From assembly GCF_022539665.2 (NCBI RefSeq), contig NC_081333.1:3348001-3412000 (forward strand): a stretch of 64,000 bases of DNA. Reading direction: 5' to 3'. This DNA comes from Daphnia carinata (lineage: Eukaryota). A program made the position numbers and the translations under genes. How positions within the stretch are numbered: the stretch's first letter is position 1; the number at the start of each line of letters is the position of its first letter. The notes beneath the pieces were generated by a model. That model searched no databases. It was not told where the DNA came from and saw only the letters and a list, made by a program, of their open reading frames with translations. Below are positions 37,319 to 51,014 of the stretch, one piece after another.

Positions 37319-39176
37319 TTACAACGCACTGATAGTAGGAAAGCAAATTACAATACCATTGTTCATTGTGAAGCCTTCTTTCACAACCGACAAAGGTAAG
37401 AAAATTGGCTGGGTATGAGTGGCTGGAGCACGGCACACTGGGCACTGGACGCAGCGCTTGGCACATAAAGAACAAGCAACAGCGTGACCGCAAGGACAGA
37501 AGACGGCCGAAATATCATCATCCATGCATATACGGCAAAGGAGCGCTTCTTGCAGCCGATTCAATTGTTCCCGTGTAGACTATGATCAACAGAAAATTCA
37601 TGTGCATAAGAACAACGTAATAGTAAAAAGAGGAAAAAATAAGTAAAATCAGACTTACTTTGCACGAGGAATCCGAGCAAGATGCCACACCAGTTGGGAA
37701 GCTCAAAGAAGGCGAGGAAGGAGCCGGAACTTGCGTATCTCCAGCCTGATAAAGGATTCGTCGAGCGTTATCGTATACCTCACGACAGGTGCGTTGAATG
37801 TCAAAGATATATTTCTTTCCTAGGATGAAACAAAAAAGAAAGCGGTCATTCTTGGTAAAGATAAAGGCTTCATTAGAACGCTACCAAGATCAGTATTTTC
37901 GTTGAAAAAAGATGCGATGGTGCCTTTCAAATCACGGACAAATTGAGAAGTTACTGCGCTGCGAACAGTCTCACAGCTGTAAAATGCATGCTTCTCTGTT
38001 ATAGACCGATACAATGCGATCGATGCCTGATAAGTCTCTAATTTAAGTGATGCACATTCGACGCCACCAAGATCGTTCCGATGCTTCAATAGAAAACGTA
38101 CGTTGTGATTCGTGGCAGCTTGAATTGCACAGAAAGGAACGCTTCAAGGAGAAAATTATCAGCTTCCTTTGTAGTGGAAATAAACTTTTAAAGATAAACA
38201 TTTACCTTAAGCGATGATCGCTTTCGATACTTGTTATGCATACACCTTGTGGGCTAACCGCTACAGTACTTTGGACCGATTCTCGCATAGATGCCCCGTG
38301 TTCGGCAAGTATCCAACGTGCCCGAAAAGTTTCAGTACCGTAGTCTTTTAACTGGCTAACTTCTTTCAACATCCAATACTCAGCCAAAGTAGCTGACATA
38401 CCCTAAAATCATGAAATAATTTTTATAAGGATTTCAACAAGCACTTTTGGGATTTCAAGAACCTTTAAGGTCTGATGTTGTTGAAGAATTCGTGCTATCC
38501 ACTCATCTCTGCTAGCTTGAAAAGATTCAAGGTCTCGAACAGTCACATGAGGAAAAAAACTGAGTAAATAAGATTCAGTCTGACAGGGCATCCCTGTTGC
38601 ATCTCCCATTTCAGATTGAGCTACAAGAGCACAAATCCGAACTGTTGGAGCAGGATCTGCAACTGACAACCTGCCTTCAATCAAATCCACTTTGGCTTGC
38701 AGATAGAATTGATGCCTATTTTCAATACAATCATTCAGAAAATTGAAAGAATTTGATAAATCTTTGATTTTGCCTTGTGGATTCTTGCAAGATGAGATGG
38801 GGAGGCACCCAAAACTTGACTCTCAACCTGAAACGGATGGCAGCTGGTTTGCCACCGTCAGTTGATGTTGGCCTAAAGGGGTGTGCATGAATTTCTTGTC
38901 GAATTTCATTCCGCAGATTGAGCCAGATTTCTTCTTTTCTAGCTGTTGTGAATTGGAGGCCAAAGTAATCTGATTCAATGATGCCAAGCTTTTGACACAC
39001 CTATTAAAGATATGGAAATATATCTGTTATCAAAATGTGACTGCATGACATTTGAGAAAGTAATTTGTTTTCACCTGGTTAAGACACTCCTGTCCTGTTG
39101 CTTTATGACTGAGGCGTACTTCAATAACTAAGTCCGCATTTTTGGTCGCATTCGGCTGAGCAACCAGGCACCACAT
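37319..39176 (-). CDS. MYLIP: FERM-RING E3 ubiquitin ligase MYLIP/IDOL (dnr1 ortholog)
   Basis: [10 protein letters not shown] start, [47 protein letters not shown], and a C-terminal RING CRICMD..FCPCGH..C..C..CPVCR. Confidence 0.93.
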
Positions 39177-40606
39177 TTTTTTTTTGCGTTTAAGTTGATC
39201 AGTTTCGAATCTTCTAATTTCCACAATATATCTGAGTTATCGGAGAATAATGAACGCCAACCTCTAACGCTTTCGTTTCTCATCGAAAAATAATCGAATA
39301 GCTTCTTCTGCTTGTTATTTTACGGTAAAGTTCTTTTATTCAGGGTAGGGTATGGGAGGAGAAACAGCTGATCTGGTTGCTAGGCCGTTCTTGATCCAAT
39401 GGCCACGTTGTATACCATTCGGACCGCCTCAAGAAACAAAGATTTTAAATCTCAAACACGCCCCTTTATTTACAAACGAATTTTACAAACGAATTTCGCA
39501 AACAGTTGGGCACCACCACAAAGGAAATGTAATAAAAGTGTTGAGCATAAAAGGACGTACTGGACACAATAGGCTGATGGATTACTTAAATTACTTTGCA
39601 GACAATCATCGGAAGAACTTGTTGGATTGCCGCTTCAATTAGATTTGAATCAAAACTTTCTCTTGCAATTTTCGCACCTTTCACGCAGAGAGAAAGCTTA
39701 TTCGTGGGCCATTATGGAAAACTTTCATAGTCCAGTTCCCATTGAGGTATCTTTTAAAAAAATAATAAAAAAAGAAGAAGATAAATGTGTACGGATAACG
39801 ATTTTAAATGGATTAAAGGTACAAATCTATGGGGTGGGAGTTCCCCTTCTTTATCAGACTGAGTAGTCCCAAAAAAATGGCGCCTTTGAGCTGAATTAAA
39901 GAAAACTTAAGACCTAAGGAACAATGAAATATTGCATCAAAAATCATTTTGGATTTTAAGGAACATGAATAATCCTTTTGTTAAAGACAAGGAGACCTGA
40001 ACCGGCCTTGCTCGTGCTGATAACATACGTACATAACAAGGGCGTTTTTTAATGAAATTGGATCTGCTTTTCTTCATTGTCGTTCATCTCTAATTTCTTG
40101 GAGTATCATGATGACATTTCGGAAAATATGGTTGTAGGACTATTGACAAAAAGAAGTGCTCTGTTTTTTTATATATTTTTTTGACGCAATTGCTGTAAGT
40201 GTAGACAGAATCAAGTTGCGGTCATTTGAACGACGAAGAATTTTGAGACACATGCGCTGATTTTAAATTTTTTTTAACGAAACCATTTCCTTTGCAAAAA
40301 AAAACATACGCAACGACGAACAAGGCCACGTTTGCGAGCAGAATCCAGAAAGTTGAACCACGCGTTCGAAGTATTGCGCATCTCTTCATGTGGGGCCACG
40401 TTGTGGCCCTTGATGAATCATTCCCAGGCGATCATCATCCCGTTGAATCATCACTCCACGCATCTTACTCGATAGATGGCGTTCGCTTCTGTTAAAAACA
40501 AAACAAAGGTGTGGGTTAGTTAATCGATAGCTGTCAATTTATATGCATGTTTGTTTAGTTTTCTGTGACACCATATATAACATATCTACTTATCTGCTGA
40601 ATAAAT

Positions 40607-43595
40607 ATGGCTTATGAGCAGGAAGACCTGTATGAGAATGTGGTCTTCCGGAATTCGCAAATCGTTTATCCTCCAGATATGGCCAGCCACTTGACACCGA
40701 CGAGTGTAGCCGATTCAAGGATATTTCGGTCGGATCCATGTCAAGAAACCTCGAAGCCTACTCGACCTCGCCAGAGTGTTTTAGATGCCTTTGATCCGGT
40801 ACTACAGAGGAAATCTGTGGCATCGTCAAGTCGTCCAAAGCCCTCAGAAGTGTTAAAATTGAGTCATATTGACTTCACCGATCACTCTGAGCCACCTCCA
40901 TTGCCCAAAAGGAATGCTAGCTTTAAGGTTCACCAGTATGACCCTGTAGCTATTGAAAATGGAAGAGTTGAATTCCAGACAAAGCAAGAAAAAGTTCCAG
41001 CAGTGGTTTTACCATGTGGTGAATCATCAACCACCAGTGAAGAAGAGGAAGAACTTCCTGCTTGCCCATCTGCACCCAAAAATGCAACACATAAGGAGAA
41101 GGTTAAAGTACTGATGAATAAAGTTGCTAACGTAGATTGGTTGACAGGGCGCAAGAGATATTCCACTACCACTATGCCACATATCAAAGAATCAGACATG
41201 ACAGAGTCTGGAACAACACAATCATTGAAGCTTGGTACCACTGATACTTTAGGCCATGCAGGAATGCTTAACTGGAGCACAAGTGGAAGTAAAAAGGATC
41301 TGCAGAACTTGTGGACTGAACTAAAGAACCGTGTTTTGAGCGCATTCACCGGCCAAACAACCGAGGCACCCATTTACGTGATAAATCTAGAAAAACTTGT
41401 GTCAATAGGTCTCTCAGGCACAGAGGAGTCACTCTTCTTTGAGCTAGCACATTCTAAAGAAAAATCCAAGCTCATTATAACTGTAAATACTGCAAAAGAA
41501 CGCTTTAAGTGGATGGAATGGATATTAGAATCTGCTTACGGAGATTTATTCTCTTCCGAATTGCGGAAGTGCTTTACTCGAAGCGGTCGGGTATTTATCA
41601 AAGATGGCATAACTGGTGAATGGCAAATAGCTTGGCTGCTTATCCAATCCTACAGCAAAAAACTTTGGGTCAAAAAAACAGCTGGCCTAATCGTCTGTGA
41701 AGATTTACGTAAGGTTCACTCAGTGTCTCAGTTGAGCGATGGCGGGGGTAGTCCTTACGCCCTTCAAGTTGGTTCACCAATAGTTATCCATTGGCCAGAC
41801 CACACCTGCTACATCCAAAGTGATCTCAAAGCTGAGACAGAAGCATGGTTTCTTCTTAGCCGCGCTGTGGCACTTCAATCTGGCACCGATTTGGAAGATC
41901 ACCAACTAACAGCAGACGATGTTCCTGTTTTGGTGGAATGTTGTATTAAATTCATTGAAACCTATGGTATGCTTACCGAGGGTATTTATAGAAGGAGTGG
42001 AGTTCAATCTAAAATCAACCGATTGCTCGTCGGACTTCGCTATGACGCTTGGAATGTCCACATCTCGTGCGAAGAGTACACTGAACACGACGTTGCTAAC
42101 GTCCTGAAACGGTTTTTTCGCACGTTACCTGAGCCGTTGCTCACAAATGAGCTCTATTCCCAGTGGATTGACGGGCTGGCCCTGGAAAGTCACGAACATC
42201 AGTTGGAACTCTACAAGCATCTAATCAGTGGGCTGCCACATGTTAATAGGCGAACCCTACGCAAACTCCTTGGTCATCTACACGCAGTACAAAATAAATG
42301 CGAAAAGAACTTGATGTCAGTCAGTAATTTGGCAGCCCTTTGGGGGCCTAATTTGATGACTGTCGAAAGTGCACGTGACCATACTTCGAACTTCAGGTAC
42401 GATTAAAAATTTTTACTTGAGAAAAATTATTGTTACCATTAACCCGCCTCGATTTTTTTGCAGTCACACGAACGCTGAAACGGACGTAGTACTTCAATTG
42501 ATTCAGTATTATCCCTGGCTTTTTGACGTTGATCGGGAAAAGTTGGCGGTAAATGATCAGATCTCGGAAATGCAAGAAAGGTTAGAACAGGGTGCGTTTG
42601 CCAAAAAAACTGCAGGAGATATTCGTACGTGGATCTTTAGCGAAATGATAGACCAAGATATCGCCGTCGAGGTTAGTTTTCAATGTTATCAGCGTAGATG
42701 GAGTAAATCGTAAATGACGCTGTTTCCCCCACAGATAGGACCAAGGGTAAAAGTTTGCGACGTCATACCTGGATTACGACCAGCCCACCATAAAGCAAAT
42801 AGTGCTATCCTGATGGAGTCTATATGTCAGGGTGATCTCAGAAGACCGCTTCAGTTCAAAGAGTTATTACTTCCGGCTTTACTCAAATGGGCGGACTGGT
42901 CTGAAGAGTATCGCAAAGATAATCAACTTGTTTTTGGCCAACATCCCACCATTGCGAAGCTCTGTGATAACGACAAGGTGAGATGTTGAAACTTTTATGA
43001 TACTTCCTTTAACCTCGATGATCAACATTCATGTTTCACAGAGTTTGTCACCCAAATCTATTTTCGAGGTCCATTACTCCGGACCCAAAAACAAAGGTTT
43101 CCGACAGTGTCCTTTTGAATTCTGTCAAGCCAGATTTACCCTTCTCAAAGATCTGAAGGTTAATTTTGCTTCTGTCGTAATTCAATGCAAAAAGTTAATA
43201 AAAAAACACAATCTTATAATAGAATCATACCATATACGGTCGTTGGGATTTGGAGAATATCTTGTGGTACCTTGGAAGCGATTCAAGGCGCAACGCTCCC
43301 ACAAAGTAATAAGCTTTTCGCTTACCAAGAAGCTAACTGACCTAAACTGCAAAATCTTTCTTTCCAGGTGGTGCATTACCTTTATCGAGCGAGATGTTCC
43401 TGTGCCCAAAAAGTATGGAAGAAGCGGTGTCACATGCTGCAATAATTTGTTAATGAGTTCTTTTCTTTTCCCTAAAGGGGCCACCTGTTTCTTGGTCATT
43501 GTATGGCTTTCGCAATGGAGACCGACTACTTGACGTTTCTGAAATCTCTCATCCTTACCGAATTTGAGGGTGGCCTTTCGGGATTCGTCGTTTGA
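40607..43595 (+). CDS. ARAP-related RhoGAP (PH-PH-RhoGAP-RA-PH-like)
   Basis: RhoGAP motifs VPVLVECCIKFI, EGIYRRSG, DVANVLKRFFRTLPEPLL and NLMSVSNLAALWGPNL. ARAP-like QLTADDVP, AGDIRTWI and LRRPL segments are also present. Confidence 0.85.
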
Positions 43596-44273
43596 CGACA
43601 GCCACAGATATTTCAGATGCACACATTTTCCAAATCATCAGATACTTATTCGCAGAACAAAAAACTATAGTCTATCTTACACATCTCTACGGGACGAAGA
43701 TGTCCTGAAGAGGAAATTTTCGACAATGATGTTTTATCGGCAAACATTTACGACATCCAGGAATGTTTCTCACGCCATCAACTGCAATATATACTTAAGT
43801 TAAATTTCTGTAACTAGAAATTGAACGCACTAGCGATTTCTCGCTCACATATTTGGGTTTTATAATACCTTTTCCGTGCAATTTTTATGCCATTTCACCG
43901 AACGTCCCCTGTATCAGAAGAGTTGGAAGTGGAAGCGTTGAATTGAAGTTAAATCCTTTTCTCTCTGGTGGTCAGGCAGACGTTTTCTTTCCATAGTTCT
44001 CAAGAATATTTGGGACCACCAAGTGATTTTTTTTAAAACTCTGATCTTAAAATCCTTTTCTCGTTAAAGAAAACGATTTGCTGTTTCTAAATGTTAGGCA
44101 CAGAACATGAAAAGAAAAGCCAAATACACATTATAATTTTAAATGGTAAATAAAAACAAAAATCCCGATTGGACGTGTTCATATTTACAAAATTTTTGTA
44201 CAAATCTGAGTTTTGGTATGAAATGACCACAGTGGTGTATGATAATTACTGAAAAAGTGAAAGCTTTCCTCGA

Positions 44274-46589
44274 TCATGTCCACTTGTAGAAACGTGCATT
44301 CTTTTCGGACAAGGCGGCAACAAAATGGACGCCATTAACGCGGATAGGAAGGAGATCCAGAACAGGATCTGAACAGGGCAGTTTTTGAAGCACTGCTGAC
44401 GAGTTAACATCCCACAGCGAAATACACTGTGCAGCCTCCTGATGGGCAGCCACTATTAACTGCTTACCTAAAACAATAATTAAATCAAACGCAACAATTG
44501 ATATGTCGAATGGTTAGGGTACAAAGGTGGATTAATGTCGAAATGAATCGGTTACTACCTTCAGTGGAGCCTGGAGCAGTAAGGAGGCACGAACGCGAAA
44601 GCAACTTTTGTTGTGTTCCAGCTTGAATAGTCGTAATGGCATGACTACTGCAAATACCATTGGACGAATCGCTGCCCAGAATGGTCCACGAAGGAGCACA
44701 GACAGTATGGCGAGCCTAGTTCAGTCATCAGGTAACATGATTCAAGATTCATAAAAAAAATATGTTAAATAATAATGAATAGTTACCTGCGGATGAGCGT
44801 TGCTGGGCCTGGAAGACGCAAGAAAATGGCGTGTTTCTGGTTCAACGCAAAGCGACGTAAACGATCCATCCAAAGGCAGCGGATGTGCAACAAAGCCGTC
44901 TGTTCGTGACTCGTGAAAGACGCACGACTGTAGACGTTGAACGAAGAGCCCGCCTCTTGGGAAAGTAGTCACCGGACTAGAAATAAGAAATACAATATTT
45001 AATCCGGATTACTATGATGGCCGACTGACAGAGATGTCAAACTCACCTGAACGGAAGGTACGCAAGGCCTGTGACAGGTGACATACTACTTGGCTCCGAC
45101 CAGCAGTCAACTGCATCACCGGGCTTTCTGGTATCATAGAGCAAGACTTTTCCAGTACCCGTTCCAACGAAAAACTGGTATTTATTGTCGGCATTCCAAG
45201 CGCAACTCCAAAGAGGCGAATCGCAGGAATACGAAGTAACTGCAATGTCACTATGGACGTTTACCAGCTTGGCCGTTTTATCTAACGAAACTGTTAAAAG
45301 CAGATCGTTTTGTTCCAAGTGGAAAGCCATGTCGCGGATGGGTTTCCTGTGAACGGCAATGTAGCCAACGGTACGAAATCCTCCCAAAGCGTTCACTTTC
45401 TTGACACCAGTGCCCGTCAAATGCGAGTTTGTTCCAGCATAAGACACTACTAGTAGTGTTAAATGCTCGCTATAGGACATGACGCGGCATTGACCTTCTT
45501 TACACAGTTCTAATGTAGAATCAAGAACTAGACGGCGGCCTAAGATTCCAGGAGGCTGAGACCCAAATAGAGGACCTGCCCCTGCTAAAGGTAACTCAGC
45601 ACCCTGGCCGCTGGCTGCTAAACAGGCCCCTGACAGGGCTGCCCGACATTGCTGGAGTTCGTGTTGCAATCGTAATATATCTTGCTCTTTGGCTGTCATT
45701 TGAATCTGAAGTTTGTGGTATTCTAATTCTAGCCTACGTCGATTTTCTTTTTCGTGCTCCAGCGCTGCCAAGGCCCTGTCTCTTTCTGTGGTATCTATTG
45801 CCTGCAATTAACCAATCCAAATTAATTATTTAAAAAGGCTTTCTAGATGAGTAATTATTACCTTTAAATTTCTAACATAAATAGGTCTAATATCCTTCTT
45901 TTGAGCTGATTCATTGCACTGGGGACACCTGGCTCCCTTACCACCAGAGTGAACCCAGCGTTCTATGCAAGCTTGGCCAAACAAATGTCCACATTTTAAA
46001 GAGACAACTCTGTGAGATCCAGAATTGCTCCAAACATCAAAACAAACTGGGCAAACCTATAGAAATGCCAAAAGTATGAGATTAATTTCTTTGAAATCAT
46101 ATACTTGGGAGCAAACATACTTGACCATCTTCTTCATCTTCAACTATAGATTTGTCTTTTTTTTCTAAAAGGAAACCTCCTTCAGCATCTGATTTAGCTT
46201 TTCTTAAAGGGGGTCCAGCCTCTTCCATTTCCTCCTCCTCATTATCTTCATCTGTACAACAAGAAAAATTACATAAATAATTGCAATATTAGTTACGAGC
46301 AAAAAACAAATCTAGTTATACCTCTAGCTCTGCGGCGTCTACTTGTAATCAATATGGGAGACAATGGTCCATTATTCTCTGTTAAACTCTGCCGACTATC
46401 CTGATCCGTATGAACCTCATTGGTCACGTCCGATTCCACTGAGCCAATTCTATTTTCCGTAGAGGCAGTTTGGACAACAATAACACTTGCTCTTTGGTTA
46501 CGTTGTTCAAGTGAGGGACCTGCAACTTGGACTTCTACCGGATCAGCAGCAGTTAGCCTTGCTGCAAATTCGTCAAAGTCACTGGCCAT
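44274..46589 (-). CDS. RFWD3: E3 ubiquitin ligase RFWD3 (RING, coiled coil, WD40)
   Basis: CPVCFDVWSNSGSHRVVSLKCGHLFG..CIERW..CPQC RING, a coiled coil, and WD40 motifs HRKPIRDMAF and LWSCAW. Confidence 0.92.
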
Positions 46590-47443
46590 ACTTAAGTTAT
46601 TTTACTAAGCTTTGATTAACACATTGGGTATGCACGGAACGATAAATAAATTAAAAGAAAAACGAAATGGGAGAGTAGTAGTTGGTCAACAAAACTTATC
46701 ATAAAAGAAATTTTCATTCACTACTACGCCATCTTTGAGATGTTGGCAAACAATACTGAAAAAGTAATAGGTGGCGCTTTTGTCGACTAGCACAGAGCCA
46801 AGAACTTTGCGGGAAATGCAAAATCATTTTATAAATACTCACGGCATATGAGATTAAATTAAAAATGGCAAATTATACTAGGGCAAAAAAATTTTAATTG
46901 AATTTTTAGCTTATGGAAAGGGTGACTTTCTGACGTGGATGATACCTTAATCGTTTGCTTATTTCTATCAACCAAAGCTCAACTATATAAAGGCTAAAGA
47001 CACTAACAAATTGCTTAATCCATTATTCAGCGGGTTATTAATCTCAACAATTAGTTACCACGTGTTCGATGTGAAAAAAAGTGGAATTCACGGTTAGCAA
47101 AGATCTCCTAGCACAAATGCCGAAGTTAGTGTTGTGAAATTTCTCACTTGCAGCCATTGTTTAAAAAATAACATAAAAAATGAATAAAGTACGTAGAGCT
47201 TACCATTTATGGTGAGCAATCGAAGTTCGAAAATCTAATTCCTGTTGTGTAACGTAAGTCACTGTCCAGATAATTGCTGTCACTTCGTTAGATAATAGAT
47301 TCCAACTTCCAACAGGAATAGTGGGATGGCAGAAAGATATTACAGAAGGCGGAGATTAATTACTAGTATAAATACTCAAGGTTTCATCATTAACCGTCCA
47401 GCTAAAGCATATGAATTGCTTTCACTCACACGGCTTACCCATC

Positions 47444-50400
47444 ATGCGCTTCTTGTGGATGACAAGTTTTCTCTTACTTTGTGTAGGTGGAAAAGCTCAG
47501 CACTTAAAAAATCCGGCTTCGTTTATGTCCCTAGACAATGAAGAAATTCTTGAAAAGTTAATGGAGTCCATTACGCAGCAATTAGAAGATACCAGAGCCA
47601 TTGATGATGTTACCTCTGTGCTTCATAAAGTTTTTGCGGCACTCAAATCCTCTTCGTTTCCGACGGCCGTGGCAACCAATATCAGTGAAAAATGTCTGAC
47701 AGACAGTCAATTTTATGTTCACAGTCTTTACTCCAACCGCAGCCTATGGGCCTTGCAAAGTAAGTGAAATTTAGAAGAATTATTACTTTTCTTTGACTCA
47801 TCTAAATTACCTAAGTTCAAGCAATGCGCATAGCAGCTTCGTTTCAATGAGATACTATCTCATATTGCGTCATATGATGGACATATGACGGTTTCTCTAA
47901 AACAACGTTGCAAAGGTCGATTACCATCGTATTTGTTTTAAATCATTCGTCACTATGTTCGTAAAACAAGAAGATCCGATAAGAACGTTACGAGACAGTA
48001 CCTAATGTGTGACATAGCATTTTGTGAACAGTAATACATTCCACAATACTCCATAATGGAATTAAAGGAATTGTTAGTGTTAAATGGCTTGAGAAACAAT
48101 CTTTTACCTAAATTACTTACCACTAATCCTCCAGTGCAAGAGTCTTCGGCACAACTACCACCAGGGCTTTTTGGAGCTAATAACATTCATGCTGATGGGC
48201 TCTTCGACGAATGTCTGGCTGTTCGGGCACCAGGCTTTGACGGACAGTATTGCAACGTTTTCCTCATGCCACAACGTGTCGATGAATCGGAAATCCTTCC
48301 ACCTACAGAAATAAATGACAAGAACAACTTCATAACAATTTTTCAGATCTTGGGCAATCTTCTTGGAACGGATCGAACCGAACCCAAATGGACAATTGCC
48401 GATTCAAATACTTACATTTACCCAAGCACCACATTCTGCCTTCCATCGTCTTGCAGTGCTGATGACCTGGGACAAGCTGTCGCCCAACTTATTGGAAGTT
48501 ACGTCATCGCCAATAGATCTCTGGTGACCGTGACAGATGAACAGTATTGCTTCAAAGAGAGTAACGATCCTCCACCCTTCGACGGTGTCACTATCACAGT
48601 CATGTAGTTTAAAAAATCAGAAATGACCTAAGGAATAAAATTAACATATCTTTTTAATGTATTATTGATAGAGTGGTTTTGAGCCTTGTGGGTTTAGTGG
48701 TTGTTGCAGCGACTATTCACGAAGCCTGGCGGATGTACTGCGGGACCGATTTTGACTTAAAAACAGATGGCAAGGCTCTGAGTGCATTGCACTGCTTCTC
48801 GGCTCTAAGTAATGGACGAAAAATTCTTTCGATGAAAGTGTCTGCTTCCTCTGCAAATGATAATTTGGGATGTATCCATGGCATCCGCTTTTTCTCCACT
48901 TGCTGGGTTGTTTTGGGCCACACCTTTTCACTTGCTGCCAGCCGGACTATGAATCGAAAAGCTGTAGTAGAGGTAAATATTAGTAAGATTAAAATCTGAT
49001 TCTCAATCAATAAAATATTTGTTTTGTTTGTGAAATATTCTAGGATTTCAAAACGTTTGGAATGCAAACCATTGGAAATGCTTCCGTTTCAGTTGACACC
49101 TTTTTCTTGATGAGCGGGTTGCTCGTCTCGTTCCTTCTGCTCCGTGAATTGGACCGCACCAAAGGAAAATTCAACGTCGGCCTTTATTATTTGCATCGCT
49201 ATTTACGTTTGACCATCGTCTACGCCTTCGTTCTCGGTTTCGTTGCAGCCTTAATTGTCTACCTCGGAACAGGTCCTTATTGGTATAACGTGACTCTGTA
49301 TTCAAACGCATGTCGCAACGCCTGGTGGAGACAGTTTCTTTACAGTAAAAACAATAATAATGCTTTATATTTAAAATATTAATACCTACTGATTTCCTCT
49401 TTCTCTTGGACAGTTAACAATTTGTTTCCAATTGATCCTGACTATGCGGTAAAACAATTCCTTTCAATTTCCTTTAACTGAGCTTCATCGTTTTTCATTG
49501 GATATCTTTCAGTGCATGGGACAAACGTGGTATCTGGCTGTAGATATGCAACTCTTTGTCATCTCTCCTCTGATCGTGTATCCACTTTGGCGTTGGAAGA
49601 AACCAGGGCTGGCATGGCTTGCCTTTATTGCTCTTCTATGTCAAGCGAGTATTTTCTTCGTTTACGCTAGAGACGACCTCAGTGCCACCCTTTGGGTCAC
49701 ACGCACGTATTGAGCTAGAACATCAATTTCCTAAGATTATTGATTAAATTTTCTTTTTAAATTTAGTGATGAATTAGTCAATTTTGCTAATTATTTTGAT
49801 CACTACTACGTGAAACCGTGGACTAGAGCACCACCCTACCTGATCGGCATATGGGCCGGCTGGTATTTGCATGTTACCAAGGAGTCACAGCAACGTCTGT
49901 CCAAAGTAAATAATATTAAAACAGTTTATGATTAAAAAATATTTACCATAATGCTTTTATATGCAATATGTTGTGTAAGCTTATGGTTAGTTTAGGCTGG
50001 ACCCTGTCCACTGCTGTTGGTCTGGCTATCGTTTACGGGTTGACGCCCTATGTCGACCAGGATCAAGTGCCAGTTGTGAGTCCTGTTGTCGAAATGACTT
50101 ATGGGCCTTTACATAGAACAGCTTGGGCTTTTGTTATTGCCTGGATTATTTTTGCTTGTTCTCGTGGCTATGGAGGTACATGCCATTTGAACTTTGATCA
50201 CGTTTGATTGCGATAGTAATTTGACATCCATGACTCACAGGTTTTGTTAACCGATTGCTGTCGTGGAAGGGGTTCCTACCGTTGGGTCGGTTAACGTATT
50301 GCGTTTACCTCATTCACTTCGACTATTTGACCGTATTCTACGCTGCGCTGCGCAAGCGTTTCTACTACGCGTTGCTGGACCAGTTTACAACTTGTTTTGG

Positions 50401-50625
50401 AACTCTCCTTATTTGCTTCGGAATGGCCTTTGTGGTGTCTGTCACGTTAGAGGCATCTTTCCTCAACTTGGAAAAGCTCATCTTCTCTTCGAGGCCTAAA
50501 AGTGATCTAAGAAATTTTTATTAATAAAAGCTCTCACGTCGTTAATAAAACTTTATGATTGAATTACAGGCAAACCACAAGGAGAAGTAATTGATCCTTC
50601 TGTTGACATCAAAACAAAATGTTAA
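47444..50625 (+). CDS. Nose-resistant-to-fluoxetine-6-like acyltransferase-3 (copy A)
   Basis: Signal peptide, NRF domain (G.FDECL..GQYC, CLPSSCS), LHCFS, IHGIRFFSTCWVVLGH, SVDTFF, YYLHRYLRLT, WYLAVDMQL and PLGRLTYCVYLIH. An upstream ATG at 47411 is possible. Confidence 0.92.
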
Positions 50626-51014
50626 AACATACCTTGATGAGCAGGAGGATACAACCTTATAAATTTTTCTTAAAAATTTGAATTCTTTTAATCCAAAATT
50701 TGTCTCGTTAATACATTTACTACTAATCAATTGAGTATTTTTCTCAGTATAGCTGCCAACGCGATTTTACTAAAATTAATGAGAAATAAGATGAGTACGT
50801 AGATTCTATGCCGGATAGAGCTATGCCATTGTGATAACAGAAACCCATACTGTCAAAAAACGTTACGCCTTTTTCCATCTGATAAGATTATAACTGACAA
50901 GTGAAAAATGTGCCAAACCCGTTCAGAACCTGGATAATCATCGGAAGCTTATAAAAACAATCGCTAGTCAACTAGTTAAACGTACCGAGCTTTTTACAGT
51001 TTCGCAGGGGCAAC

